Shown here in pieces: positions 1-9,970 of a stretch of 63,069 bases of DNA; position 1 is the first letter of the stretch, and every line of letters starts with the position of its first letter. The notes beneath the pieces were generated by a model that had not been told where the DNA came from, did no database searches, and was given only the letters and a program-made list of their open reading frames with translations. Source of the DNA: Candidatus Micrarchaeota archaeon (GTDB lineage: Archaea; Micrarchaeota; Micrarchaeia; Anstonellales; Bilamarchaeaceae); the NCBI GenBank assembly GCA_040754495.1, contig JBFMCO010000051.1:1-63069 (forward strand), given 5' to 3'. The translations under genes and the position numbers were made by a program.

Positions 1-96
1 GAGGAGGTCTACAACTCAAAGCGGCTGCACTCGTCGATAGGATATGTGCCGCCCAATGAGTTTGAGGTGAGATTTTTAAACGGGAATGTGGCTTAA
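1..96 (+). mobile_element. C-terminal end of an IS3-family (IS150-like) transposase OrfB, truncated by the window edge
   Basis: Frame 1 reads EEVYNSKRLHSSIGYVPPNEFEVRFLNGNVA*, matching the YN..R.HSSLGY..P.EFE tail of IS3-family integrase-core transposases. The segment is AT-richer than the flanking gene. Confidence 0.75.
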
Positions 97-126
97 CTGG
101 TTGTCTACAAATAGGGGTTCACTCCA
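97..126. mobile_element. Right terminal inverted repeat of the IS3-family element
   Basis: Reverse complement reads TGGAGTGAACCCCTATTTGTAGACA, resembling IS150/IS861-type ends (5'-TG...CA-3'). Host-gene codons resume in frame at 127. Confidence 0.65.
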
Positions 127-144
127 GTTGCAAACGGCAGTTCC

Positions 145-3100
145 ATGAACAGCAGCCAGTACGGCGTCTACATAGACCCTTCCTCCAACAACGAGACGAT
201 ATTCAACAACACCCTCCGCGAAAGCGCCCTCTATGACCTCTTCGTGGACGTCAATTCGGACCTTGACTGCAACCACACAATCGAGAACAACACCGGCTCG
301 GGCAACAGGCCCATAATCTACGCCAACGGCTCGGTGAGCTGGAGCAACCTGAACGCCTCGGAGCTGTTCCTGTGCAACGCCGACGGCGCAAGCTTCACAA
401 ACATCCTCGTCAACGGCTCCGACAGCATCTTCAACAACGCCGTCTGGCTGATAAGGAGCGACGGCGCCTCCCTCACGAACGTCAATTCCTCGAACAACCG
501 CTACGGCTATTACCTGGAGCTTTCCAACAACAACGCGATTTCAAACGGCTCGGCCTGGGGGGCGTCCACCGGCTACGGATTCTACCTCCTCAACAGCAAC
601 GGCAGCGCATTCGTCAACAACACCGGCAACGGCAGCAGCTACGGCTTCTACCTCCAGACAAGCCACGGCAACAACTTCACGGACAGCCTCGCCATAACCC
701 CAAGCTCCTACGGCGTCTCCCTCACTTCGAGCAACAGGAACCTCTTCAGGAACAGCATGTTCAGCAACGCATATTACGGCTTCTACCTCATATCAAGCCA
801 CAACAACACGATGCTGGACAGCGCCTTCAGGACCAACAACGGCTACGGCATCACCCTCTCGGGCAGCCACAACAACACCATGGGCAACGTCAGCATCAAC
901 AACTCCTATGCCGCATTCTATATCGTGGGCTCCAGCAACAGCAACACGGTCGCAAACAGCAATGCAGTAAACAGCAGCCAGTACGGCATCTATCTTAGCA
1001 CAAGCCCCAATAACACCATCACCAACAATTCGCTAAGGAGCAGCTCCTACTCCGCAGCGTACATATACAACTCGAACAACAGCCGCCTCGTGCAAAACCA
1101 TTATTCGGCCAACACGCGGGGCGTCGTCGTAGAGACCACCTCCGGAATATATATCTCTGTGTCCCTGGAGCAGGAGATTTTCGACAGCCCCTCCGGCGAC
1201 TTCTCCAATTACACCAACCTCTCGCTCAACGACACCCTCCTTCCTGGAACAAGCTATCAGATAAACTGGAGCTCCCAGCCCGCTCCGGCCCCGGTGAACC
1301 TCACCTCCCTTAACGGGACTTTCGTCAACATCACAAACCTTACCGTCAACGTCTCCCTCGATTCAATCGCATGGAGATGGACAGATTCCCAGACGGACGC
1401 GCATAACGAGTCAAATTTCAGCATCTTCAAGTACAATTCCAGCGGATGGACCCTGCTGAACGGCACCCCCGACACCGCCACAAACACGTTGTCGCTTTAC
1501 AATGTCACCCCCCTCAGCATCTTCGGCATACTCTTCACGCCGGTCCCGAACGTCTCGGCCATAAAGCTGGACCAGACCGCTATCCAGCCTTCCCCGGGTG
1601 GGCGCGTCCAGTTCAATATAACGGTCAACAACACCGGAGACGTGGACCTCAGCTCGGTCCTGGTCACCGATACCCTCCCCCAGGGCCTCACGTTCCTTTC
1701 GGCCTCGCCGGCCAATACCTCGGGCTCAGGCAACAACGTCACCTGGACCTTCCCTGCCATAGCCCCCGGAGCTTCCCAGCTCATCTACCTGAACGCCACC
1801 GTTGATGCAGGGGCGGTGAATTCCTCAGTACCGGTGCTGAACCTCACCAACGACGTGAACGCTACCGGGACCGATACCGGCGGGAACAACGTCAGCTCCA
1901 GGAGCCTTGCGAACGTGACCGTCTATTACGCGAACGTTTCCATCCTGAAGCTCGACCAGACTGCCGTGCAACCCTCTCCCGGAGGGGTGGTCCAGTTCAA
2001 TATCACCGCGACAAATACCGGGAATGTCACGCTCAACGTAACTGTCCTTGATATGCTCCCTGCAGGCCTCACTTTCTATTCGGCTTCACCGGCAGCATCC
2101 GTATCAGGCCAGAATGCTTCGTGGAACCTTTCGCTTGGGCCGGGCGCATCCTCGCTTCTCTATCTCAACGCCACCGTTGATAGCGGCACGGTAAACTCCT
2201 CCGTGCCCGTATTGAACCTCACGAATATGGCGAATGCCACAGGCACGCCGCCCAACGGGGACAATGTCACGGCCTCAAGCTCGGCAAACGTCACGGTCTA
2301 TTACGCCAACCTCTCCGTCCTCAAGCTCGACCAGACGGCCGCACAGCCATCTCCGGGCGGAGTGGTCCAGTTCAACCTGACCGTGAACAACACCGGCAAC
2401 GTCACGCTCAACATCACCCTGCTCGATATACTCCCCTCCGGTCTCACGTTCGCCTCGGCCTCCCCATCCGCCTCGGTTTCGGGCCAGAACGTGAGCTGGA
2501 ACTTCCTTCTCGACCCGGGCATATCATCGCTATTGTATCTCAATGCCAGCGTGGACAGCGGCGCGGTCAACGCATCGTCGCCGGTCCGTAATCTCACCAA
2601 CGTCGTGAACGCCACGGGCGTCCCGCCGAACGGCGCCAACGTGACTGCGTCGAGCTCAGCCAACGCCACAATCTACTATGCCAACATCACTGTTCTCAAG
2701 CTCGACCAGACCGCAGCCCAGCCTTCTCCGGGAGGCATAGTTCGGTTCAACATAAGCGTCAATAACACCGGAAACGTCACCCTGAACGTGTCCATCCTGG
2801 ACAATCTCCCCGCCGGCCTACTGTTCCAGTCAGCCGCCCCGGCCAACTCCAGCGCAGGTCCGGCCTGGGACATTTCCCTGCCGCCCGGCTCCTTTGCAAC
2901 AATACTCCTCAACGCAACAGTCGAGCCCGGAGCTGTCAATGCCTCTGTTCCCGTTCGCAACCTCACCAATCTTATCAACGCGACCGGCACCCCCCCTAAC
3001 GGGGCGAACGTGACCGCATCAAGCGCTGCGAACGTCACGGTCTATTACGCCAATGTCTCAGTGCTGAAGCTCGACCAGACCGCGCTTCAGCCGTCACCAG

Positions 3101-6100
3101 GAGGCACTGTCCAGTTCAATCTTACGCTCAACAACACAGGCAACGTGACCCTGAACGTCACCATGCTCGACACCCTTCCTTCAGGCCTTGCCTTCGCATC
3201 CGCCTCGCCCCCTGCTTCGGTATCCGGCCAGAATGTGAGCTGGAGCGTTTCCCTTCCGCCCGGCGCCTCGGCGCTCATGTATCTCAATGCCACGGTAAAC
3301 CCGGGCGCGGTGAACGCGTCGCTTCCCGTGCGCAACCTCACCAACGTCGTGAACGCCACCGGCTCCCCGCCGAACGGGGACGATGTAACTGCCGGCAGCT
3401 CGGCAAACGTAACCGTGTACTACGCAAATCTCTCGGTCCTTAAGCTGAGCCAGACGGCCGCCCAGCCATCTCAGGGCGGCCTGGTGCAGTTCAATCTGAC
3501 GATAACAAACACGGGCAACGTCACCCTGAGCCCGGTTAGCGTGGCTGATTCCATGCCTGCGGGCCTTACCTTCTCCAGCGCATCGCCTGCTCCGGATTCC
3601 ATATCCGGCCAGAACGCCTCATGGAGCAGCGTAGGGTCCCTCCCGCCCGGCTCCTCCGTCTTCATCTACCTGAATGCCACCGTAGATGCGGGCACGGTTA
3701 ACTCCTCGATTCCGGTACGAAACCTGACCAACTATGCCAATGCCACCGGCACGCCGCCGAACGGGGACGACGTCACGGCAGAGGATTTCGAGAACGCCAC
3801 CGTCTACTACGCCAACATCTCGGTCCTGAAGCTGAGCCAGACAGCGGCACAGCCTTCTCCTGGAGGCATCGTCCAGTTCAACATGACAGTCACCAATACG
3901 GGCAATGTCACGCTGAACGTCACGGCGCTTGACGCCCTCCCTCCAGGACTTACCTTCCTTTCGGCATCTCCAGCCAACGCCTCGGCAGGTCCATCGTGGA
4001 CGCTTTTGCTTGGCCCTGGGGCATCCAGCATCATCTTCCTGAACGCGACTGTCGATGCCGGGGTAGTCAATGCCTCCACACCCCTGCTTGACCTGACAAA
4101 CCAGATTAATGCAACCGGAGTTCCGCCTAACGGCGACAATGTCACGGCATCCAGCTCGGCCAACGTTACAGTCTACTACGCCAACGTCTCGGTCCTGAAA
4201 CTGGGCCAGACGGCCGCCCAGCCATCGCCGGGCGGTCTTGTCCAGTTCAACCTCACGATAACGAACACCGGGAACGTTTCGCTCAACCCCATAGAGCTGA
4301 CAGACGACCTTCCGGCAGGCCTCACCTACGCTTCTGCATACCCGGCGCCTGATTCTGTGCTCGGCCAGTCCATAGACTGGGACAACATCGGACCCCTCAC
4401 GCCCGGCGCTTCGTCAGTTATATACCTGAATGCCACTGTGGATGCCGGGGCAGTGAACGCTTCAGTGCCGGTAAGGAACCTCACGAACTACGTAGAGGCT
4501 GCCGGCGTTCCGCCTAACGGCGACAATGTGACTGCGGACGACTTCGCTAACGTTTCCATCTATTACGCCAACGTCACCGTGATAAAGGTGGATATGACTC
4601 CGCTGCCGGCATCTCCGGGAGGCCTCGTGCAGTGGCAGATAAACGTAAGCAATCCGGGCGAGGTCGTACTCGACCCTGTCTTCGTCAGCGATACGCTCCC
4701 CCAGGGATTCCAGCATTCGGCATCCAGTCCCCCGGCATCCAGCATAAGCGCGGACAACCGGACGATAAACTGGAGCAATGCCGGCCCGATAGCGCCGGGC
4801 GGCAGCGTCCTCGTCCTCCTGAACTCATCCGTGGGCGCGGTGGCCAATGGCACCTACACGAACAACGTCACAGTCCTCGGCTCGCCGCTAAACGGTGATG
4901 ACGTGGGCGCGGCGGACAGCGCCTCGGTCGGCATCTTCGCTCCTGCAATCAACCTCGTGAAAACCGTGAACCAGTCGAACGCCTCGATAGGGCAGAACGT
5001 AACGTTCAGCCTGAATATCACAAACACCGGCTCGGCCAACCTCACAGTCAGCGTCACGGACGTCCTGCCCCAGAACGTAACCTTCGAGGGGGCGGACGTG
5101 CCTCCGACCAGCGTCATAGGCCAGACAGTCACCTGGTCTGGTTTCACAATCCTCGCGCCCGGCGCCTCCGCCATTATAAACTACAACGTCACCACAAACG
5201 CGGGCGGCAGCTACGAAAACAACGCCACGGCAACAGGCTCCCCACTAAACGGCGACAATGTAAGCGACTCTGATTCCGCTTTCTTCACGACGCTCATGTC
5301 CCAGCCGCCCCAGCCGGAGGAGGAGGGCGAGCCGGAGCCCGGCCTGTCCGTAGGCTTCCAGCCCTCATGCGACGGCAACATCGTGACGGTCGACCCGCCC
5401 GAGGGCCACGTCAGCGTGAAGGACGTGCAGACCGCGGACCTCATAGCATCCGGAGACACGGATGACGGGGAATTCGAGTTCCAGGGCTGCGGCATGACCG
5501 TGGACATAAAGGCCACCAAGTCCGGCTACACCCAGGAGACAATCACCGAGGTGCTTTTGTCCTGCGAGGAGTGCGCTCAGCCCGAAGCGCCTGCCTGCAC
5601 CGGGAACTCGCAGTGCGCGGTAACGGAGCAGTGCGTAGAGGAGGAGTGCGTGCCCGTCGAGTGCGGGGCATGCCAGGCTGTGGTGAACCACGCCTGCGAG
5701 AACCTCTGCGCATCGGACGAGCAGTGCGTCGAAAACGTCTGCAAGAAGCCCGAGCAGCCTGGCTGCAGCTCGGACCTCCAGTGCGAGGACACAGAGTTCT
5801 GCAACAAGCCGCCGGGACTGGAAACCGGAAACTGCAAACCCGTCCAGCCCGGCGCGTGCGGTGGGGTGAAGAACCACGCCTTCGTGCCCTATGGCTACGA
5901 GTGCGGCGCCGAGCCCGGCTGCCCCTCCTGCCCTGAAGGTTCCAACTGCACCAGCCACGAATGCGTGAAGGCACCCGCTCCTCAGGACCTCTCCTGCCCG
6001 ACGACGGGCATTGTCGGCGACGAGAAGACCTGCGCCGCGACCGAGAACGGCCAGCCATGCGCAGGGTGCGACTACGAGGTTACGGACCCCGACGGCAGGC

Positions 6101-6351
6101 GGCTGAGAGGGCGCACTGACGAGAACGGAAACGTGGTGTTTCCCATCGAGGCTGAAGGCACATACAAGGTGTCCCTGCTCAAGGGCGGCCAGGTGATAAA
6201 GACCCTGGAGGTCAAGGCCTTCCCGCAATCGGAGCCAGAGCCACCGGAGAAACCCGGTGCCCAGCCCGACGGCCTCCTTGTGCTTTCTCTGCTGGCACTG
6301 CTGATAATCCTGCTGGCAGTACTCATCATGCGCAGGAAAAAAGGAAAATGA
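145..6351 (+). CDS. Giant cell-surface adhesin-like protein, 5'-interrupted by IS3: NosD/parallel beta-helix repeats, 10 DUF11 Ig-like repeats, Cys-rich region, C-terminal TM anchor
   Basis: N.YGFYL..S..N beta-helix repeats; ten ~120-aa units beginning (YYA)N.SVLKLDQT..QPSPGG.VQFN; Cys-rich block; hydrophobic helix followed by RRKKGK. No signal peptide at Met145; repeat-like codons continue upstream to 127. Confidence 0.85.
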   Translation: MNSSQYGVYIDPSSNNETIFNNTLRESALYDLFVDVNSDLDCNHTIENNTGSGNRPIIYANGSVSWSNLNASELFLCNADGASFTNILVNGSDSIFNNAVWLIRSDGASLTNVNSSNNRYGYYLELSNNNAISNGSAWGASTGYGFYLLNSNGSAFVNNTGNGSSYGFYLQTSHGNNFTDSLAITPSSYGVSLTSSNRNLFRNSMFSNAYYGFYLISSHNNTMLDSAFRTNNGYGITLSGSHNNTMGNVSINNSYAAFYIVGSSNSNTVANSNAVNSSQYGIYLSTSPNNTITNNSLRSSSYSAAYIYNSNNSRLVQNHYSANTRGVVVETTSGIYISVSLEQEIFDSPSGDFSNYTNLSLNDTLLPGTSYQINWSSQPAPAPVNLTSLNGTFVNITNLTVNVSLDSIAWRWTDSQTDAHNESNFSIFKYNSSGWTLLNGTPDTATNTLSLYNVTPLSIFGILFTPVPNVSAIKLDQTAIQPSPGGRVQFNITVNNTGDVDLSSVLVTDTLPQGLTFLSASPANTSGSGNNVTWTFPAIAPGASQLIYLNATVDAGAVNSSVPVLNLTNDVNATGTDTGGNNVSSRSLANVTVYYANVSILKLDQTAVQPSPGGVVQFNITATNTGNVTLNVTVLDMLPAGLTFYSASPAASVSGQNASWNLSLGPGASSLLYLNATVDSGTVNSSVPVLNLTNMANATGTPPNGDNVTASSSANVTVYYANLSVLKLDQTAAQPSPGGVVQFNLTVNNTGNVTLNITLLDILPSGLTFASASPSASVSGQNVSWNFLLDPGISSLLYLNASVDSGAVNASSPVRNLTNVVNATGVPPNGANVTASSSANATIYYANITVLKLDQTAAQPSPGGIVRFNISVNNTGNVTLNVSILDNLPAGLLFQSAAPANSSAGPAWDISLPPGSFATILLNATVEPGAVNASVPVRNLTNLINATGTPPNGANVTASSAANVTVYYANVSVLKLDQTALQPSPGGTVQFNLTLNNTGNVTLNVTMLDTLPSGLAFASASPPASVSGQNVSWSVSLPPGASALMYLNATVNPGAVNASLPVRNLTNVVNATGSPPNGDDVTAGSSANVTVYYANLSVLKLSQTAAQPSQGGLVQFNLTITNTGNVTLSPVSVADSMPAGLTFSSASPAPDSISGQNASWSSVGSLPPGSSVFIYLNATVDAGTVNSSIPVRNLTNYANATGTPPNGDDVTAEDFENATVYYANISVLKLSQTAAQPSPGGIVQFNMTVTNTGNVTLNVTALDALPPGLTFLSASPANASAGPSWTLLLGPGASSIIFLNATVDAGVVNASTPLLDLTNQINATGVPPNGDNVTASSSANVTVYYANVSVLKLGQTAAQPSPGGLVQFNLTITNTGNVSLNPIELTDDLPAGLTYASAYPAPDSVLGQSIDWDNIGPLTPGASSVIYLNATVDAGAVNASVPVRNLTNYVEAAGVPPNGDNVTADDFANVSIYYANVTVIKVDMTPLPASPGGLVQWQINVSNPGEVVLDPVFVSDTLPQGFQHSASSPPASSISADNRTINWSNAGPIAPGGSVLVLLNSSVGAVANGTYTNNVTVLGSPLNGDDVGAADSASVGIFAPAINLVKTVNQSNASIGQNVTFSLNITNTGSANLTVSVTDVLPQNVTFEGADVPPTSVIGQTVTWSGFTILAPGASAIINYNVTTNAGGSYENNATATGSPLNGDNVSDSDSAFFTTLMSQPPQPEEEGEPEPGLSVGFQPSCDGNIVTVDPPEGHVSVKDVQTADLIASGDTDDGEFEFQGCGMTVDIKATKSGYTQETITEVLLSCEECAQPEAPACTGNSQCAVTEQCVEEECVPVECGACQAVVNHACENLCASDEQCVENVCKKPEQPGCSSDLQCEDTEFCNKPPGLETGNCKPVQPGACGGVKNHAFVPYGYECGAEPGCPSCPEGSNCTSHECVKAPAPQDLSCPTTGIVGDEKTCAATENGQPCAGCDYEVTDPDGRRLRGRTDENGNVVFPIEAEGTYKVSLLKGGQVIKTLEVKAFPQSEPEPPEKPGAQPDGLLVLSLLALLIILLAVLIMRRKKGK

Positions 6352-6379
6352 ATGCCCCAGCGGCACCTATTTATTTCTT

Positions 6380-9300
6380 GTGTGGTATTTTTCTCACGTG
6401 CCTCCCAAGCACAAGGCCACGTGCGTGGCGTTACTAGCGCTACTTGTTATGGCGACCGCGGGTGCCGCCTCGCCGGCAGTTGCCGCATACCGTTCAGACA
6501 GCGGCGCATCAGGCCTCGATTCCCCCAAGGTCCGTTTCTGGGATTCGGCAGGCAATGGCAGCTGGGGGCCGGAGATGGAGCTTGCCAGCGCCGGCTCACC
6601 GGTCCGCTGGGCGCAAATCCGGTGGGCCCCATCATCCGAGAAGCTCGTGCTCGTGATCCTGGCCGACGACGGCAACCTGGACGGTTACGTTTGCATGGCC
6701 CATTGCGATAACGCCTCTTCATGGCTCATGTCCGGCAACATAGGGAACACCGGCAACTCGCAGCGCCGCTTTGACGTTGCATTCGAGGGAACCGGCGACG
6801 CAATCCTGGTCTACTCGGTAATCAGCACAAACGGCTCGCGTGACCTGGCCTACAAAGTACTGCCTGCCGGAGCCGGGACTTTCGATGCTTTGCCCGAGCG
6901 CTACATTGACGACGCCGGCCATGCCGGCAACATCCAGTACACCTGGGTCAGGATGGACGGGAATCCGGCCCTTGGCGATGAACTGGCTCTGGTTGGCTTC
7001 GACAACAGCAACAGTGACATAAATGCCTGGATATGGGACGGGGATGCCTGGGGTGCGCAGAAGGAGGTGTCATCCGGCGCGACCGCAACCTCGGGCAGCG
7101 AGGCGCTTGCGGTCCGCTACGGGGGCGGAATGGCGATGGCGATGGGAGCGAACGGAACCGCCGGCGCAATCAACTACGCTTACTGGAACGGCTCCGCATG
7201 GTCCGGCACGTCCTCCTTCGATATCGATGGTTCCGATGCGCTGGATGCCCGGTGGCTCAGCCTGAAGCCGTCCCCGGGCGACGATGCGTTCCAGCTGGTC
7301 GTAGTGGACAGCGGAAGCGATTTGCACACCGCATACTGGAACGGCACCGGCTGGCCGGTCACTTCCAATATCGATACCGCGCTCGACAGCGCGTCCCAGC
7401 GCGGGGCGGACTTCGGATGGCTTGATGGTGGTTCGGGCCTCCTGGTCTGGGATACGGACGGAAGCGGGCAGAACCTGAGCATGAAGGAATGCACTCCCCA
7501 GTGCAGCGGCACGGCAAGGCCGGCTTCCGGGTTTCCAGGAGCGGGCAGGTGGCTTACCCTCATTCCTTCCGGAGACTCCGGCCTGCTGGGGCTCCGGCTG
7601 AGCTCCGGCCTCGCTCTCGGGCATTTAACATACGATGCCTCTGCCATGTCCGGCCAGGACAGCTCAGCCCTCTCCGCCTCGCTCGGCTCGGCCTCTTTCG
7701 AGTCCTTCAGCCTCGCCTCCGCTCCACGTCCGGCCGTATCAGTGCTGAAGCTGGACCAGACCGCTCTCCAGCCTTCTCCGGGCGGCCTTGTGCTTTTCAA
7801 TATAACCGTCACGAACAGGGGGAACCTGACGCTTGATGAGGTCATCGTCACCGATTACCTTCCAGACGGACTGGCTTTCGCGTCCTCGGACGCAGCCGGC
7901 AATGTCTCAGGACAGAACGCGACATGGCTTCTCGGCCCGCTTTCCCCGTCGGCCTCGGCCACCATCCTCCTGAATGCGACAATAGATGAGGGCCTGCTTT
8001 CAGGGGGTTTGCAGTATGCCGACCTCGAGAACCGCGTGGATGTTTCCGCGCAGCCGTCATTCGGCAGCTCGATTAATGCCTCGGGCACCGCAGCGTTCAG
8101 GATTTTCCTCGCAGAGATCACGCTCATGGAGCTTGACCAGACCGCGCTCCAGCCGTCGCCAGGCGGTATGGTTGAGCTGGAGTTCTCGCTCAGCAACAGC
8201 GGCAGCGTCCCGCTCGAAAACGTCACGCTATCCTCGCAGCTTCCTGCGGGCCTCACATATGCCTCAGCATCGCAGGAACCTGCAACATCGGAAGGTGGGG
8301 CCGTCGTCTGGCTGCTCGGCACTCTTTCCCCCGGCGAAAGCGTATCCGTGCACATGAACGGTTCGGTGGACGAGGGCGTCGTGGACGCGTCATCCCCGCT
8401 CGCCACCCTCACAAGCTGCGCCAACGCAAGCGGCAGGCCCCCGAACGGCAGGGATGCCATAACGGTCGCATGCTCGGATATCGCGGTCTATCACGCCGGA
8501 ATATCCGTGATAAAGGTCGATGTCACTCCCCTGCCTCCTTCGCCGGGCGGCCTCGTGCAGTGGGCGATAAACGTCAGCAATGCGGGGCTGGTGGAACTCT
8601 ATCAGGTGAGCGTGAGCGATTCCCTTCCTGAAGGATTCGCCTTCAATGCCGCTCGCCCCTCCCCAGCCCTGGTTGATGGCGGAACGGTTGTCTGGGAAAA
8701 CCTCGGCCCGCTGGCGCCGGGCGAAAGCGTCACTATCCTGCTGAACACGACCGCGGGCAGCGGCCTTGGAGAAGGAGTCTACGACAATACTGCCTCCGCA
8801 ACCGGCTCCCCCCCGAACGGCGCGGACGTCAGCGATTCGGACACCGCGTCGGTCGGCATCCTCGCCCCATCCATCACGCTTGCCAAGACCGCGGACCGCA
8901 CGGATGCCGAGCTCGGCCGGAAAGTGGGTTTCACGCTTCTCATATCAAACACTGGCTCGGCTACGCTCGACGTCTCGGCCTTAGACATGCTGCCTGAGGG
9001 CGTGGCTCTCTCAGGCTCATCCCCTGCGCCAACATCGCAGGAAGGGCGCGAGCTCAGATGGGACTCAGTCGCGATGCTGGAGCCGGGGCAGAACGTCACG
9101 ATACAATACAACGTCACTGCCGGCCGGCCAGGCTGGCACGTGAATGCCGCGGAGGCGATCGGCAGCCCGCTAAACGGCGATGCGGTGAGCGATTTCGCGG
9201 AAGCATCTTTCTTCGCATACGCGGTGACGGAGGAAGAGCGGCTGGCGCTTGATTTCGCACCCTCCTGCGACGGCAATGCGGTCGCGGCGACGGCGGACGG

Positions 9301-9970
9301 CCTGCCCCTTGGCGGAGCCGCGATAACCGTGAAGGACAGGGGGACCGGGGAGACGCTCTCGAGCGGCGCCACGGACTCCGGCGGCTCGTTCCTCTTCCAC
9401 GCCTGCGGAGGGAAAATAGAGATACGCGCCAGGAAGGCCGGTTATTCAAGCGAAGTGATTTCCCGGACGCTGCTCTCATGCGACGAATGCATTGCGGAGG
9501 CTGCGCCGCTGGAAGAGCCTGATGAGCAGCCGGCCCCTGCGCTGCCTGGGGAAGGCATCACCCAATGCATGATTGATGAAGACTGCCCTGCGGAAAGCGA
9601 ATGCGTCCTGGACGAGAGCGCCGGCGTGCGGTCCTGCAGGGAAATAACCGGCTGCGGGACGATTATAGACCACACCCTGGTCCCTTACGAGTGCGGAAAC
9701 GGTCCTTCATGCCCCCTGTGCCCTGAAGGGTACGTGTGCGACACCAATATCTGCCTGAAGCTCAAGAAGCCCGAGCCGGTCATCGTGACGGAACCTGCGG
9801 AGCAGGTCAGCGCGCCCCCCTCAATCGTGGCCTCGTCCCGCTCAGAAGAGCTTCCGATAACTCGTGGCATACCGGGCCTGATGGCGGTGCTCGGGGCCTG
9901 CCTGGGGCTTGTCATCGTCGCGATAATCCACGTTGAGATAGACAAGGGGAAGGGGCCGGCGGAGCCCTGA
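6380..9970 (+). CDS. Secreted, membrane-anchored adhesin-like protein: probable beta-propeller-like N domain, 4 DUF11 repeats, Cys-rich region, C-terminal TM
   Basis: Signal peptide VALLALLVMATAGAASPAVAA; W-rich repeats (WDGDAW, YWNGSAW, YWNGTGW); four DUF11 units and C-terminal modules paralogous to 145..6351. Start codon uncertain. Confidence 0.8.
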   Translation: MWYFSHVPPKHKATCVALLALLVMATAGAASPAVAAYRSDSGASGLDSPKVRFWDSAGNGSWGPEMELASAGSPVRWAQIRWAPSSEKLVLVILADDGNLDGYVCMAHCDNASSWLMSGNIGNTGNSQRRFDVAFEGTGDAILVYSVISTNGSRDLAYKVLPAGAGTFDALPERYIDDAGHAGNIQYTWVRMDGNPALGDELALVGFDNSNSDINAWIWDGDAWGAQKEVSSGATATSGSEALAVRYGGGMAMAMGANGTAGAINYAYWNGSAWSGTSSFDIDGSDALDARWLSLKPSPGDDAFQLVVVDSGSDLHTAYWNGTGWPVTSNIDTALDSASQRGADFGWLDGGSGLLVWDTDGSGQNLSMKECTPQCSGTARPASGFPGAGRWLTLIPSGDSGLLGLRLSSGLALGHLTYDASAMSGQDSSALSASLGSASFESFSLASAPRPAVSVLKLDQTALQPSPGGLVLFNITVTNRGNLTLDEVIVTDYLPDGLAFASSDAAGNVSGQNATWLLGPLSPSASATILLNATIDEGLLSGGLQYADLENRVDVSAQPSFGSSINASGTAAFRIFLAEITLMELDQTALQPSPGGMVELEFSLSNSGSVPLENVTLSSQLPAGLTYASASQEPATSEGGAVVWLLGTLSPGESVSVHMNGSVDEGVVDASSPLATLTSCANASGRPPNGRDAITVACSDIAVYHAGISVIKVDVTPLPPSPGGLVQWAINVSNAGLVELYQVSVSDSLPEGFAFNAARPSPALVDGGTVVWENLGPLAPGESVTILLNTTAGSGLGEGVYDNTASATGSPPNGADVSDSDTASVGILAPSITLAKTADRTDAELGRKVGFTLLISNTGSATLDVSALDMLPEGVALSGSSPAPTSQEGRELRWDSVAMLEPGQNVTIQYNVTAGRPGWHVNAAEAIGSPLNGDAVSDFAEASFFAYAVTEEERLALDFAPSCDGNAVAATADGLPLGGAAITVKDRGTGETLSSGATDSGGSFLFHACGGKIEIRARKAGYSSEVISRTLLSCDECIAEAAPLEEPDEQPAPALPGEGITQCMIDEDCPAESECVLDESAGVRSCREITGCGTIIDHTLVPYECGNGPSCPLCPEGYVCDTNICLKLKKPEPVIVTEPAEQVSAPPSIVASSRSEELPITRGIPGLMAVLGACLGLVIVAIIHVEIDKGKGPAEP

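Noticed and set aside
1540-5280. Long regular repeats as a possible CRISPR array or repeat-spacer system
   Set aside because: They are ~360-bp in-frame DUF11 coding units with no short constant repeat and unique spacers. No cas genes are in the window.
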